A DNA stretch of 64,000 bases from Octopus sinensis (taxonomy: Eukaryota): contig NC_042997.1 of assembly GCF_006345805.1 (NCBI RefSeq), positions 179,118,001 to 179,182,000 of the forward strand. Direction: 5' to 3'. Each line of letters opens with the position of its first letter. The first letter of the stretch is position 1. The notes under the pieces are model-generated. The model did not search any database. It saw only the letters and a list, made by a program, of their open reading frames with translations, and was not told the origin of the DNA. Positions 1 to 12,604 of this stretch are shown piece by piece. A program made the translations under genes and the position numbers.

Positions 1-1590
1 TGACTATAATTACTTCTAACTTTTCTCTCGAGCCCCATTTAACCTGATGTTAACATCCCATTATTCATGTTCTGCTTGTTATCTTTCACGGTCCAAGCCC
101 TCCTTTTATTCGATATTTCTTCTGTTTCTTATGTATCTTTGATTCATTATATTTCTATATACGGTGATTTATCGAGATTCAATTCCCTGTCAGAAACACC
201 CGATCCAGATAGATCACTCTTACATACCTGACAAGCAAAAATATCCACTCCCTCTCCAGTATTATAAACTGTCACCTATTTGATTAAAAACAGCTTAGCT
301 GAATTGATCTAATGGAATTTGATAATTTTCAACACTAGCTGCTCGAAGCCACATCCCGAATGCTAATTGAAAATTTTTATTCCTTATCATGCTATCAATA
401 TTTTATAATATTACAGTTATTTGGAATAATTGGTTGTTACGTTTTGCTGATGATTGTGTAAATGTGGAGTGATATTAGCTATGTATTGCAGCCTAGTGCT
501 TAGTCATTGCATTGAAGTCAGAATGAAAGCTTGATTTTTGAACACGTTTTATTTACATATGAATATATTTATCCCTTCTGTCTATTAGATGCTTTTAGCA
601 TTCTGTTAAGAGAGGGAAAAGAGAAAGGTGTAAACTCAATTGAAAATGAAGAAACATTACAGATATTTAAACGAATCGAAGATATCATGAAACCTGTCAT
701 AAACTAGGAAGTTACTGTCTTCAAGTGAAAGGAAACAAGTTAGGATAAAGTTAATACATCCCTGCACGATCATGATTCGTGGCAACAGCAGCTAAAATAA
801 CGGTAGCAGAATAAACGACAGAAATTCAGATTTAGAGAGCTAAAGATTCAGCGCTGAATGTCGTTTGACTAGAGATTAGAATAAACTGGTTTGGGAAACG
901 AGTAAACGTGGATAAATATGAACGTTTAGATGACAGAGTTGACTTGCTGACGGGCCATTTGATCGAAATGTGAATAGAACTTGCATGAAACCAAGAGAAA
1001 ACGAAAGAAAGATAATAAAATCATAACAATGGTTTCAAGACATCAAACGTAGAGAAGAGAGAAAAGACAATTTCAGTGGATTGTCAGAACGAGATTCCTC
1101 AAATCAAGCCTGTTCATTCGCATATTACATTGCATTCGCGTGCACACTGGCATTTCTATAGCTACAAGACAACAGAGAATTGTGGGACAATAACAGTAAA
1201 GAAGATAATTCTGATGTATATGATCTTAAAATCAGTTTTCTAATTCCCATACTGTATATTGCTCAATTATTGCAGCAGCTGCTGTTGTTACAGCTGTCGT
1301 TGCGGCCTTCAGTTAACCAACTGCTTTATTCGAAATTAAGATGGTGGAGAAGGAAAGAAACAATACACGCGTAAATATTGCTCTATTATATAAGATCGTT
1401 CGTAAATATATGTATATTTAAATTATATATCAAAGGCGGTTGGCTTGTGTAATTCTCTTCACGATATACAACACGAAAATAGAATAATCCTCTGAGAAAT
1501 AGTCCTCTCAGTGGACGCAAAAACATAATCGCTAACGAATATATTGGGAGCAATTCTTTCCGAAATCAATTTCTCTCTCTCTCTGTATAA

Positions 1591-1700
<110 letters not shown>

Positions 1701-2927
1701 ATATATATATATATATGGGTGTGTATATATATATATATATATATGAATATATATATGTGTGTGTGTGTTTGTATACACATAAATACAGATACACACATAT
1801 ACACATGCGCGCGCGCACACACACGCACATATTATTGGAACATGTACAAAGTGACTAAAAGTCATTTGCCATCATTATCAACCGATTAACGGCTGAGATC
1901 AGTTGACCTTAATCTGAATCTACTTTACCATTTTCTTTATCCCCCCCCCCGCCTTCACATCTTCCACATCTACTCACCGAAGCCTTTATCAAATCTACCC
2001 AGTGCATTTCTGAAAACTATTGGTTGTAACGAGTATGATTAGAAGCGTTAAAAAGTGGTGTATAAATATAAACTTGTTATCTATTCAAATAAGCTTGGGA
2101 CATACTAGAAACGGCAAGAAAACCGTTCACTATAAGAATTGTCGCTGTCGGCAAATGGGTGTAAATGCAGTTCCGACTTCTACTTAGTCAGATCGATGGA
2201 TGCATGCATATCGGAGTAGTTATCTTCTCTTCAGCAACGGACTTTGGAAATAGAAGCGCTATAAACGAACAACGAGAGACCTAGTTTTGCTTATTCTAAT
2301 CCGTACTTTATTACAGTCGCTCAACCAATCCCAGTACATTTACTAGAATACAATGAGAGACAGCTGATTCCTCGTTGTCAGTTAGTAGAACCTCCCTTTC
2401 TACTATTTGATGCTAAAGAGGAGATAACTATTCCTTCAATATGGGCAAGAAGTGTTCCGAGCCTATTTGCTTACAGAAAGAATTTTTCTCTATCAAAAAA
2501 ATATAGTGAATGACTTACGGCTTCTAATATGTCCCAAATATATTTGAAATAGCAACAGGTATGTACTGATTCAAGTGTCCTGCCCTGTTTGCGACGATTG
2601 CTCAATGAGTTACTGGAGTACTGCCTTGGCTTCTCAAGATTCAGCACATTAGTTTTGTGGCCCGACAAAGAACAGCATTGTTATTCTGTACTGGTTTTAG
2701 ATCACGTCTCGATAATCACAGTTTTCGAACCTATATAAAACATTCTACGTATTATATATATATTTTTTACATTCCCCACTGTAAAAATATAGTCTTGCTT
2801 ATTTTTACACTTTGGTTTTTGCTGAAATTTTCTTGAGAACACATTCTTCGTGGAAAATGGGGATTTTGACTTCTATATCTAGCATATAGGCTGTCCATTA
2901 TTTTAGTGGTCAGTCCTCTAAATTTTG

Positions 2928-2960
<33 letters not shown>

Positions 2961-3278
2961 GGGAAAAGTAAAACGAGACAAAGAAAATGCTCACTAAGTA
3001 AAAAAGTAATGGCTTTTAAAAATAAAAACAAAGATATTTACATACAAACAAATGATTTGAGATGGAATTAAGAAGTATGAAAAACATTATTGAGAGTTAA
3101 TATAGGATGTCATATCGGGTTCGTCATCGCTGTTCACTGAATTTCAATCATCTCAAATTTCCAAACGGTGTTGGATCTAGCAGTACCACAGGAAAAAGAT
3201 TGCTTGCAAAGGACGTAGGACGTAAGACGTTCTGAAAGTGATGCAATTAATGTAGATTTGATTAATCATATATGTATG

Positions 3279-3324
<46 letters not shown>

Positions 3325-4354
3325 GAGAGAGAGAGAGAGAAAGAGACGTTATGAGAGTTAATGGTGTCAATAAGATCCAAAGGTGTCAGTTAATGCTGAA
3401 AGTGCTAGGACACACTATAGTTAAGAAATGAGGAGTCCAACGTAGGTCATATATCAGCATGTGTATATATACAAAAATTAGCTGAATGAGATAAAAATCC
3501 AAGGCTGAGAAAGATTTCAGAACAGTTATAAATATAAATCTTACAGCTCCTTCCGAGATATTTTATATATCTCTTCATCGGAGACGGTGCGAGATAAGAT
3601 ATGAAATACAGAGTGAAGTGGGGGAATGAGAATAGACGTGAGATATACAGGGATATTGTATCTGTAGTTCCATTATTTAGGCAGAATGGTATATATATCT
3701 TTAAGTTCCAATAGTGTTTAAAATTGGTCATTCCAAGCATAGAGTTTGTAAACGGTGTTATTGAATCGAGGGTTTTTCTTTAAAGTGACTTAAAAGTTGG
3801 CAGTGTATTTGTAAGATCAAATCAAAAACAGGGAAGAGGAAAAGAAAAAAGAGAAAACAGAAAAATAAGAATAAAGGAAAAAAAGGAAAGAGAGGAGAGA
3901 GATTATAAAGAAATGAAAAGAGGGAAAGTGCACTGGTTAGTGGTCAGTCAAGATAGATTGAGAGAAGGAATGGGGGTGTGAGGGTGATAGAGAGAGAAAT
4001 ATATGAGGGTGTAAAGAGATGAGAGGGTAAAGAGTAAAGTAGTGTCATGGAAGAAAACACGGAAGACACAGACGAAGTTCCAGAAAGAAAGAGAGACGTG
4101 ACTGCAGTTAAAAATAGTAATTAATTATTTTCCAAATGGCACCGTACCTTTCTTCTATAGTATTGTGGATTTAAAATGTTACTCCAAATCGGATAGGTTC
4201 ATTATGTCTGCCAAAGCTGGAACGCTGTTGTTAGTACGTTAAGGCATCAGGATTGGCATGTGGTTAAAGCACAACAACTAAACAACATCTTGAACGTTAC
4301 ATGAAGCTTCCATTTACTATCAATTTTGAAAAATTTGTAAGAAATATGAATGAA

Positions 4355-4490
4355 GGAGTGGCTGTGTGGTAAGTAGCTTGCTTACCAACCACATGGTTCC
4401 GTGTTCAGTCCCACTGCGTGGCATCTTGGACAATGCCTTGTGAGTAGATTTGGTAGACGGAAACTGAAAGAAGCCTTTCGTATATACATA
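4355..4490 (+). mobile_element. SINE family A, 5' tRNA-like head (the tail of this copy is probably at 8895-9112)
   Basis: GGAGTGGCTGTGTGGTAAG...GGTTCCGTGTTCAGTCCCACTGCG...GATTTGGTAGACGGAAACTGAAAGAAGCC. The same head is found reverse-complemented at ~17415-17567, 19250-19380, 44485-44647 and 55885-56025. Confidence 0.8.
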
Positions 4491-4493
4491 TAT

Positions 4494-4524
<31 letters not shown>

Positions 4525-4921
4525 CATATATATATACATATACATATATATATATATATATACATATATATATACATATATATATGCATATACATATATA
4601 TATATACATATATATTTACATATATATATATACATATATATTATATATATATATACACATATATATTTACATATATATACATATATATTTATATATATAT
4701 ATATACACATATATATATAACACATATATATATATACATATACATATACATATATATATATATACATATTATATATACATATATATATATATACACATAT
4801 ATACATATTATATATACATATATATATATACACATATATACATATATATACACATATATATACATATATATATACATATACACATATATACATATATACA
4901 TATATATACACATATATATAC

Positions 4922-4956
<35 letters not shown>

Positions 4957-4968
4957 CATATACACACA

Positions 4969-5000
<32 letters not shown>
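4491..5000. repeat. Compound (TA)n/(CATATA)n microsatellite, ~510 bp
   Basis: Direct tandem repeat; source of the YIYI/HIYI pseudo-ORFs. Confidence 0.95.
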
Positions 5001-5357
5001 GGTTATAAAATGAGATAGGGGTTGAAAATTCAACCCACCATGGGATAATATATATCCAATATACTGCTAGATAGGTACCCAACAAAATTAATACATAGAT
5101 GTTAAAAATTGTCAAACAATCAGTTCATCTATTGCATTATATGGGTAAAGGTAATAATATTACCGTAAATTAATACTACAAAATTAGAGAATGGAGAAAT
5201 ATACTTAAATCAGTAAAACATCAACTATCCGATGATACTCAATCCATACTTTAATACACCATTACATATGAGTAAAGGCAATACATAAAATGAAATGAGA
5301 TATACAGTAATAGTAAAAAGATAAAGAGATATAAGTAAAAAATTTTCAAATATAATA

Positions 5358-5495
5358 TGCAAATAAATCAAAACTGACAGCTGTTTCGGCAGTGAGGACA
5401 GTCATACCTCATTTAACCTATAAGCCATAAAGGCAGGTATAAATGAGGCATTAACAAGGATGCCCCACGGCCTCTTCAGAGAATTAAATTAAATT
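5358..5495 (-). ncRNA. Type I minimal hammerhead ribozyme (mirror copy in the left arm)
   Basis: The + strand reads GACAGCTGTTTCGGCAGTGAGG ... CCCCACGGCCTCTTCAG, the reverse complement of the 6434-6537 motif. Confidence 0.8.
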
Positions 5496-5824
5496 TGTTA
5501 TAATAGTGAAAAATATTATACAATCATATACATATAAATATAAAAATATAAAAATGTAAAATATAAAAACTTATACATCATAATGCTACACTTATATAAT
5601 ATAATACACATTTGTACAAAAAAGGAAGGTAAACAGAACAAAATAAAACAAAATATATAATAGTGTATATATTAATATCAATAAGTACCGATATTATACA
5701 TATTTGGCTAATAGTTTTTTTATATATAAAAAAAAGGCTAACATATATGGAGATGAAAAATAATAATTAAATCCGTGGTACAGTTCATAAGATTCTAAAG
5801 CTATAAAAGTTAATAAAAATTACT

Positions 5825-5882
<58 letters not shown>

Positions 5883-6032
5883 TATAATAAAAAATAGATA
5901 CAGTTAAGTTAGCACCAAGTCCATCCTTACAAGATCGAAATAACTATGAGTTAAGAAATGCTGACCACTAGGTAAAGAAAATATAGAATCTATATTTTCT
6001 TTACCTAGTGGTCAGCATTTCTATATTTTTTT

Positions 6033-6086
<54 letters not shown>

Positions 6087-6419
6087 AGTAATTTTTATTA
6101 ACTTTTATAGCTTTAGAATCTTATGAACTGTACCACGGATTTAATTATTACTTTTCATCTCCATATATGTTAGCCTTTTTTTTATATATATAAAAAAACT
6201 ATTAGCCAAATATGTATAATATCGGTACTTATTGATATTAATATATACACTATTATATATTTTGTTTTATTTTGTTCTGTTTACCTTCCTTTTTTGTACA
6301 AATGTGTATTATATTATATAAGTGTAGCATTATGATGTATAAGTTTTTATATTTTACATTTTTATATTTTTATATTTATATGTATATGATTGTATAATAT
6401 TTTTCACTATTATAACAAA

Positions 6420-6555
6420 TTTAATTTAATTCTCTGAAGAGGCCGTGGGGCATCCTTGTTAATGCCTCATTTATACCTGCCTTTATGGCTTATAGGTTAA
6501 ATGAGGTATGACTGTCCTCACTGCCGAAACAGCTGTCAGTTTTGATTTATTTGCA
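6420..6555 (+). ncRNA. Type I minimal hammerhead ribozyme
   Basis: CTGAAGA at 6434-6440; stem II GGCcGTGGGG (6441-6450) pairs with CCTCACtGCC (6516-6525); GAAA at 6526-6529; palindromic stem III AC-AGCT-GT; GTC cleavage triplet at 6535-6537; weak AT-rich stem I. Confidence 0.8.
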
Positions 6556-6762
6556 TATTATATTTGAAAATTTTTTACTTATATCTCTTTATCTTTTTAC
6601 TATTACTGTATATCTCATTTCATTTTATGTATTGCCTTTACTCATATGTAATGTGTATTAAAGTATGGATTGAGTATCATCGGATAGTTGATGTTTTACT
6701 GATTTAAGTATTTCTCCATTCTCTAATTTTGTAGTCATATATATATATATATATATATACAT

Positions 6763-6811
<49 letters not shown>

Positions 6812-6820
6812 TATACATAT

Positions 6821-8362
6821 ATGAAGGAAGGTAAAATATGCCCTATTCATAAAGGAGGTAGCAGAGCGGAGGCCAAGAACTACAGACCTATCTCTCTGAC
6901 CTCACACATCAGCAAGGTCATGGAACGAATAGTCAGAAGGAAACTAATCAACTTCCTTGAAGAAAATGACCTGCTGCCTGACACCCAACTTGGTTTCCGA
7001 CCAGGAAGAAGAAGAAGCTTAAACTCAGCTCCTGCAGCACTATGACTGGGTGCTGAAACAACTGCTCAACCACTCAAATGTGGAAGTCATATATCTCGAC
7101 TTCGCAAAGGCCTTCGATAAAGTCGATCATGGAATGATATGTCACAAGCTGCGTGATCTTGGCATAGTTGGAAAACTAGGAGAATGGCTTCACGACTTTC
7201 TGAAGAATAGAAGTCAGGTGGTAGTAGCCAATGGAGCCACTTCCATTAGCACGCAAATAGTGAGCGGTGTTCCACAGGGCACTGTTTTGGGACCACTACT
7301 GTTCATAATGGCCCTCTCAGACATGCCCTCAGCCAGGCGGAGAGCCACGATCACAAGTTATGCAGATGATACAAAAGTTTCACAGGCAATACAGAACCCT
7401 GAAGACACTAGGCACCTGCAATATGAGCTGGACGAAATAAACAAGTGGGCTGAAAAGAATAGCATGCAGTTCAATGCTGAAAAGTTTCAAGCTTTATACT
7501 ATCAGCATGCAAAACTGAATGCAATACCCAAGGAATACACTGGACCCGGAGGGATTGCAATCCCAGAGGCACAATCAGTGCGTGACCTGGGTATTCACAT
7601 GAGTGATGACGCGACCTTTCATGTACATGTTGCTAAACTGACAATGAAATGCAGACGGCTGGCTGGATGGATTCTTAGAACCTTTAGAACAAGAGAACAA
7701 GAAGCCATGATGGTCCTCTGGAAGACACTTGTCCTAAGTCACTTTGACTATTGCTCTCAGCTATGGTCACCATCCAGTGTCAAGTTGATCACAGAACTTG
7801 AGGCGATCCAACGAAGCTACACGAAGAAGATAGCCTCTATGCAGAATGTAAGCTACTGGGAAGGACTCAAGAGATTAAAATTATATTCCCTGGAGCGTAG
7901 GCGGGAAAGATATGCCATAATATACATCTGGAAGATCCTGGAGGGAAGTGTCCTGAACTTTGGCATCGAGAGTTACGCAAACGCAAGAACTGGGCGACAC
8001 TGCGTGGTGCCTAGGACTCCAAACTTGCCATCAAGATGTAGGACAAGATTCTGTGATAGCCTGGGCTTCCGAGGCCCACAGCTCTTCAATATCCTCCCGA
8101 TGAACCTGAGAGACCTGCATGGGGTGGATACAGATGTCTTTAAAATGAAGCTGGATCTCTTCCTGTCAGGTGTCCCAGATGAACCAACTTCACGGCAGGA
8201 GGGGCAGATGAGGGCAGCTGCATCGAACTCTCTCATGCACCAAATAGCAGTTGCTAGAAAGCCTCCATGAAGTCAAACCAAGTAGCAACACCAAATGGCG
8301 GTGCCCCAGCATGGCCACAGCTCATAAGCTGAAACTGGAATCAATCAATCAATCAATGAATC
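6821..8362 (+). mobile_element. 5'-truncated CR1/L2-group LINE: reverse transcriptase and C-terminal part of ORF2, 3' UTR, (AATC)n tail
   Basis: ORFs 6821-7045 and 7050-8270 join across one frameshift near 7015-7025 (GFRPGR...TQLLQHYDWVLKQLL). RT motifs present: NYRPISLTS, YLDFAKAFDKVDH, SGVPQGTVLGPLLF, YADDT, plus DYCSQLWSP and LYSLERRRER. Short 3' UTR ends in AATC repeats at ~8339-8362. Confidence 0.93.
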
Positions 8363-8570
8363 ATATATACACATATATATACACATATATATACACACAT
8401 ATATATATATATATACATATATATATACACATATATATATATACACACACATATATATATATACACACACATATATATATATACACAAACATATATATAT
8501 ATACACACACATATATATATATACACACATATATATATATACACACATATATATATATATATATACACAC

Positions 8571-8620
<50 letters not shown>

Positions 8621-8755
8621 TATAATAAGTATAGGAAAGAACGGAGCTGAACGAAGATTGAACAAAATTCCCTTATTATTTTATTTTTGACATGTTTCGA
8701 AGCCTGCAAAATCCCCAATTCCGGAACCTGCTATACACACACACACACACACACA

Positions 8756-8809
<54 letters not shown>

Positions 8810-8894
8810 CATATATTCATATATATATACCTATATACATACATATATATATATACACACACACATATATATATATATATATGTATGTGTGTAT
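8363..8894. repeat. Compound TA/CA microsatellites with a ~110 bp complex insert at 8625-8735
   Basis: Direct tandem repeats. Confidence 0.9.
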
Positions 8895-9112
8895 ATATGT
8901 TTGTGTGTCTGTGTTTGACCCCCTATCATTGCTTGACAACCGATGCTGCTGTGTTTATGTCCCCGTCTCTTAGCGGTTCGGCAAATGAAACCGATAGAAT
9001 AAATACTGGGTTTACTAAGAATAAGTCCTAGGGTCCATTCGCTCGACTAAAGGCGGTGCTACAGCATGACCGCAGTCAAATGACTGAAACAAGTAAAAGA
9101 GTAAAAGAGAGA
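8895..9112 (+). mobile_element. SINE family A, 3' tail ending in (AAAAGAGT)n
   Basis: GCTTGACAACCGATGCTG...GCGGTTCGGCAAA...GGCGGTGCTACAGCATGACCGCAGTCAAATGACTGAAAC, homologous to the tails of the - strand copies. Confidence 0.8.
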
Positions 9113-10959
9113 GAGAGAGAGAAGTATAGCTGTAGTTTTATGTAATGTTCTTGATTCCCTAACAAATTTTAATACTGAACAATATCGTGTTTTTGAAGCG
9201 ATTGTATAAAGAAGACGTAATCTATCCCCAAATCAACAGAACAACAAGTTTGTAGAGTTGGAACATCTTTAAATGGAGTTATGTTGCAGGAAATAATTTC
9301 GCCTTACACGATCCTAGAATATTTTTATTGAACGCCTACGCAGGTAATCTTGAGTCAACCCTATCTAGGCATTCAGAACGTCTTGCGAATATTATACTAC
9401 CCATTATTCAATTTGAATTGAGGTGCAATTTTCCTGAGAGAGAAACATTTTCCAACATTTATCTTAAAACATGGAACTATTAGGATTATATTCAACTCCC
9501 ACTTTCTTAATCTTCGATCAATAAACAATGATATAAGCTCAATAAAAGGTAAATCTGGACAAGTGATCTGCCACTATCCAGAGCAAAAGTGATCGAGCTA
9601 TAAATTTGATAATATCCACCCGAAGAAAGATATCAATCAAATAGCAAGATCCAAGGACGTATCTGAATTTGAATTACACTTGATTATGCAGATCTAGGAA
9701 ATCTTACTCAAATATTCTGCATGTCTAAACAATCAAGTATAAGATAATGGATAGTTGATTGATGCTTACTAACTTTAGGGGGTTTTCTAAACCTTTCAAG
9801 ATTCAGGAGACAAAGCCTCACTCATCCTCATACATAGAAACATGCACAAACACACATTAAAATCGATGTATGCACACACGTGCAATAACGTCACATGGAC
9901 AGCACAGAAAAACTTTACATATTGATGCACAAAAGCACATGCACGCAGGAAAAACGAAATCAAAGCAAATCGCAGAAGAACGAAAGAATGAAAATACATT
10001 AAAATAATAAACGATGTATTATACAGTGATACATAAAATACATGAATATGCGCATTAAAGAAGCTTAAAGACATGGAGGAATCTCTTTACCGTCCACGTT
10101 CCTTGTCAATATATGTAGCAAGAGTGATTTGGAAAAAATGTAATAAAACAACAAACCAACAAATTCTCTGAGATAAGGAATCCTTTCATGGTAATAAAGA
10201 TGTTGTTATTGTTGTTATTGTGGTTGATGATGATGATGAAGATGATGTGATGATAATGATTATGATGATGATGATGATGACGACGATGAAGATGATAATG
10301 ATGGGGATGAATAATAATGATGATAATAAATAATTGTTTCTGTGTTAACTAGAAAAGCACACACATACATATAAAATTACTGTTAGAAACACCGTGGTTA
10401 TAATACATAAGATGCTCGGCAAAGGTAAATAAAAACGCGCTGTTGTGGTGCTGGGTCATTAGGTAGTTACATAATAAGAGCTCAAAATTAGATTTTAAAA
10501 AAAGCGTAGCATAAGTATAATTTTATATGAAAATATAATAATTACAGCGAGGTATAACACTATATGATAAAATATGCAACACATTCATCCACTTACAGAC
10601 AAGTAATAAGACACATTTTAAGTTGGAACAAGGCACCCAAACACTTTCTACTTCCTTCAGTCTACATATCGAGCATTGGTATAGCAAAATGCGCTTGCTA
10701 AAGCTACTTGGGCATTGGAACATAAGACAATTTCAATGTACTCGAATTTAGAATTATTGAAATTCATATATCACCAATCTTACTGCCGCATTTGTGAATC
10801 TTTGCTCCAAGTATTTGGGTACAAAATTAACGGTGTCTGAGAGGCTCACAAATTCACTTTGTTGCTTCAGTTATAATAAACAGACAGTGTTATAGACTCC
10901 ATCGAATTCGAACGCAAGTATTTCTCTCCTTGCGTCAGATAGAATGTTGACAAAGCACT

Positions 10960-11750
10960 TACCCATCAATAGTTAGTGTCTTCTGGCTTAAAATCAGAAG
11001 CAGAAGGGCTTACCATAGTAGCCCAAAATCAATGCCTACCTACAATAAACTACCAGGCCAACATGTTAAAAAACGGCAGTAGCCCAACATGTTGTGTATG
11101 TAAACAACAAAATGAAGCCATTTATCATGTTGTCTCCATGTGCAGCCTTCTTGCACCAACAGAGTATCTCAGTAGACATGATTGAGCAGCACAGTATATT
11201 CACTGGGTAATTTGCAAAAACCTGGACCTGCCCCACGATTAAAACTGGTAGGAACACAAACCAACTCCAGTGCTTGAAAATGATCACATCTCACTCATCT
11301 GGAACTTCACCGTTCAGACTGACAGAAAATAGATGCGAATAGGCCAGACATTATATTAAAAGACTTCAGACAAAAATCATGCCTCCTCATTGATATGACT
11401 GTCTCAATCGGTATAAATGTATCTGTAACGACCTACCAAAAACTGAGCAGGTACAAAGATCTTGAAATAGAAATTGGCAAAATGTGGAACCTCAAAACTA
11501 AAACAATACCTGTTGTCATTGGTGCCCCAGGAATGATAGCAAAAGCGGCTGATTCCTACCTATCCCAGATACCAGGAAACCCCAAAATAGAAGAAATTCA
11601 AAAGATAGTGCTCATGGGAACTGCCCATATCCTACGTAAAATACTGTCTGTGTAATCTCACATTTTAAAACAAACACGTAATTTCCTTGTTTTTTTAAAT
11701 ATTCTCTAGAACAATACTTTGTGCAAAACCAAATATACGACACCCAAGGC
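10960..11750 (+). mobile_element. R4/Dong-like non-LTR retrotransposon 3' fragment 1 (CCHC motif plus restriction-like endonuclease), pseudogenised
   Basis: SSGLKSEAEGLTIVAQ; CCVCKQQNEAIYHVVSMC; RHD..YIHWVIC; NRPDII...LIDMTV; KLSRYKDLEIEIGKMWNLKTKTIPVVIGAPG; QKIVLMGTAHILRKIL. Contains in-frame stops and a frameshift. Confidence 0.88.
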
Positions 11751-12405
11751 ATAGCACCAAACGCAAAATGTGTGATGAGTGGGGTGAAACAGTATGGTAC
11801 ATCATTAGCGAATGCCTGAAATTGGTACAGAGTGAATACGAAATACACCATGATAGTGTGGTAAGAATGATCCTTTGGGACCTCTGCCGAAATCACAGCC
11901 TACAAAGAGCAAAAACGTAGTATTAGCAAACCCTAGAACGAGTCAATGAGAATGAAGAATGAAAAATCCTGTGGGGTACAATGACTAAGTGCGATCGCCT
12001 TACCACACATAGGAAACTGGACATTGTTGTTTGAATGAAAAAGTAAGAACTTGAATGATAATCGACATAGCATGCTCGGTGGCAACTGGATCAAAGAAAA
12101 AAGAAGGAAAACTGAACAACTATTACAATTTGAAGTGAGAAATACAAAGGTTGTGACCAATGAGGAGAGTAGGCATAATGCCAATAGTAATTGGCGAGCT
12201 TAGACGTATCAGCACTCAACTACCATTTCTGAAAAAAGATTGTTACAAATATAAAAATAGAACACCTATAACATCAGCATTGCTTCGAACCGCAAGAATT
12301 CTTCGCAGGATTCAGGAAGCATGGCCAGGAAACAAGTGTCACTTTAAGTGTCGTCATGCCCAATGAAATAAGCCGAGGGTTTTCATCAAGCAATCATAAT
12401 AATCC
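11750..12405 (+). mobile_element. R4/Dong-like 3' fragment 2 (different subfamily)
   Basis: KMCDEWGETVWYIISEC...HHDSVVRMILWDLC...KILWG...RKLDIVV...IMPIVIGEL...ALLRTARILRR; the 3' UTR ends TTTTCATCAAGCAATCATAATAAT. Confidence 0.8.
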
Positions 12406-12604
12406 TTATTTCAGAGGGCCTGAAATTTTGGGGAGGGACCAGTCAATTATATTGACCCAGTGCGTAACTGATATTTAATTTATCGACTCCGAAAGATGAA
12501 AGGCAAAGTCGATCTCGGCGGGATTTGAACTCAGAACCTAGCGACGGGTGAAATACCACTAAGCATTTCGTCCAGCGCACTAACAATTCTGCCAGCTCAC
12601 CGGC
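12405..12604 (-). mobile_element. SINE family B copy
   Basis: GAAAGGCAAAGTCGATCTCGGCGGGATTTGAACTCAGAAC...CTGCCAGCTCACC is the reverse complement of the family B sequence. Confidence 0.8.

Larger units (their letters stand above)
5001..6735. mobile_element. Penelope-like element pseudo-LTR in inverted (fold-back) arrangement
   Basis: 5175-5987 is the reverse complement of 5989-6735 apart from a ~57 bp gap, different (TAA)n lengths and a few point differences. Each arm carries a hammerhead motif, and both sides are flanked by TA microsatellite. Inverted pLTRs and hammerheads are established Penelope-like features. No RT or GIY-YIG ORF is seen. Confidence 0.7.

Noticed and set aside
1-1060. Faint LINE remnants (endonuclease-like on - at 1-300; RTE-like RINWFGK on + at ~870-900); similar hints at 2230-2660, 9200-9780, 29600-30150, 31800-32350, 36690-36940 and 58340-58560
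   Set aside because: Only one or two short degenerate motifs each; too weak to call without a profile search.
4320-5115. Long ORFs rich in [12 protein letters not shown] (also at 8251-9031, 22048-22813, 31049-31548, 37128-37802, 56454-56756, 58069-58437 and others)
   Set aside because: They are translations of TA/CA/CTAT microsatellites, which lack stop codons in most frames; there is no protein-like content.
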